Source: Pelagibacteraceae bacterium AG-470-G21 (GTDB lineage: Bacteria; Pseudomonadota; Alphaproteobacteria; Pelagibacterales; Pelagibacteraceae). Taken from it: DNA of 64,000 nucleotides. The notes below the pieces were generated by a model. The model was not told where the DNA came from, ran no database searches, and saw only the letters and a program-made list of their open reading frames with translations. How positions within the stretch are numbered: position 1 is the stretch's first letter; each line of letters opens with the position of its first letter. Below are positions 63,241-64,000 of this stretch, one piece after another. The translations under genes were made by a program, and so were the position numbers. The stretch covers positions 25,086 through 89,085 of the forward strand of contig QCSH01000004.1 of the NCBI GenBank assembly GCA_003211555.1. The letters run 5' to 3'.

Positions 63241-64000
63241 TAGTTGCCTGATGCTAATTTATTAATTTCATCTAAGTCATTCATATCTATCATGTTAGCA
63301 ACTGACACCTCGATGGAATTAATTAAAGGTTCTGGATAGAACCCAAAAAATATAATCGGTAATACTAAAACCCATAATGTAACAATTTCAAATCTTTTTA
63401 AATCAACCATTTTTTTTACATCTTCAATAATGAGTTTTCCAAAAATAATTCTTTTATAAAGCCAAAGCATATATGCTGCCCCCAATATTACTCCTAGACT
63501 AGCAATGGTTGCTACCAGTATATTCTTTTTAAATGTGCCCATTAAAACTAAAAATTCTCCAACAAAACCACTTGTTCCAGGTAAGCCAAGAGCCCCCAAA
63601 GTAAACACCATAAAAACTATTGCATACTTTGGCATTATAGAAACTAAGCCTCCATAACTGTTTATAAGTCTTGTATGAAGTCTATCGTAAACTACTCCAA
63701 CACATAGAAAGAGTGCGGCTGATACCAACCCATGACTTATCATTTGAAATATACTTCCTTCTATTCCTTGTTGTGTCATTGTAAAAATACCAAGTGTTAC
63801 AAAGCCCATATGAGCAACTGATGAGTAGGCTATAAGTTTCTTCATGTCTTCCTGCATTAAAGCTACTAGTGATGTATAAATAATCGCTATCAAGCTAAGT
63901 GTATAAACCAAAGGCACAAAATATAATGAAGCATCTGGAAACAAGCCAAGAGAGAACCTAATAAATCCATATCCAGCCATTTTTAAAAGTATTGCAGCAA
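63240..64000 (-). CDS. nuoM: NADH-quinone oxidoreductase subunit M (5' part outside the window)
   Basis: LLKMAGYG, KKLIAYSSVAHMG, GLPGTSGFVGE. Confidence 0.95.
   Translation of the reverse strand, partial: AAILLKMAGYGFIRFSLGLFPDASLYFVPLVYTLSLIAIIYTSLVALMQEDMKKLIAYSSVAHMGFVTLGIFTMTQQGIEGSIFQMISHGLVSAALFLCVGVVYDRLHTRLINSYGGLVSIMPKYAIVFMVFTLGALGLPGTSGFVGEFLVLMGTFKKNILVATIASLGVILGAAYMLWLYKRIIFGKLIIEDVKKMVDLKRFEIVTLWVLVLPIIFFGFYPEPLINSIEVSVANMIDMNDLDEINKLASGN

Overview
Very AT-rich, tightly packed chromosomal segment with many TAATG/ATGA gene overlaps, from a streamlined alphaproteobacterium. Gene content, gene order and composition point to Pelagibacterales (SAR11). Most of the window is core genome: valS-ilvD-manC, three tRNAs, the aapJQMP amino-acid ABC transporter, ntrYX-trkAH, ispDF-pgpA-cinA, tpiA-secG-pyrG-kdsA-eno-ftsB-lipA, ppiD-trpEGDC-lexA-gltX, the rpsB-tsf-frr-uppS-cdsA-dxr-bamA-skp-lpxD-fabZ-lpxA-lpxI-lpxB cluster, and nuoMN-birA-coaX-rnj-proS-lolCD-dnaE. 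The only accessory-looking part is ~1-7.3 kb. It holds a Zur-controlled znuA/znuCB-zur locus (two tandem Zur boxes; His/Asp repeat loop in ZnuA), a CxxC redoxin, two small membrane proteins, an ArsR-less arsC-aquaporin module, a divergent PiT-like transporter and an EamA transporter. This is the best candidate for an undescribed phosphate/arsenate handling system, but that reading is inference. Five genes (valS, an XRE regulator, tpiA, lpxB, lpxD) are broken by single-base homopolymer indels, most probably sequencing errors; znuA and lpxD are missing from the ORF track. No integrase, transposase, prophage or CRISPR array was seen.
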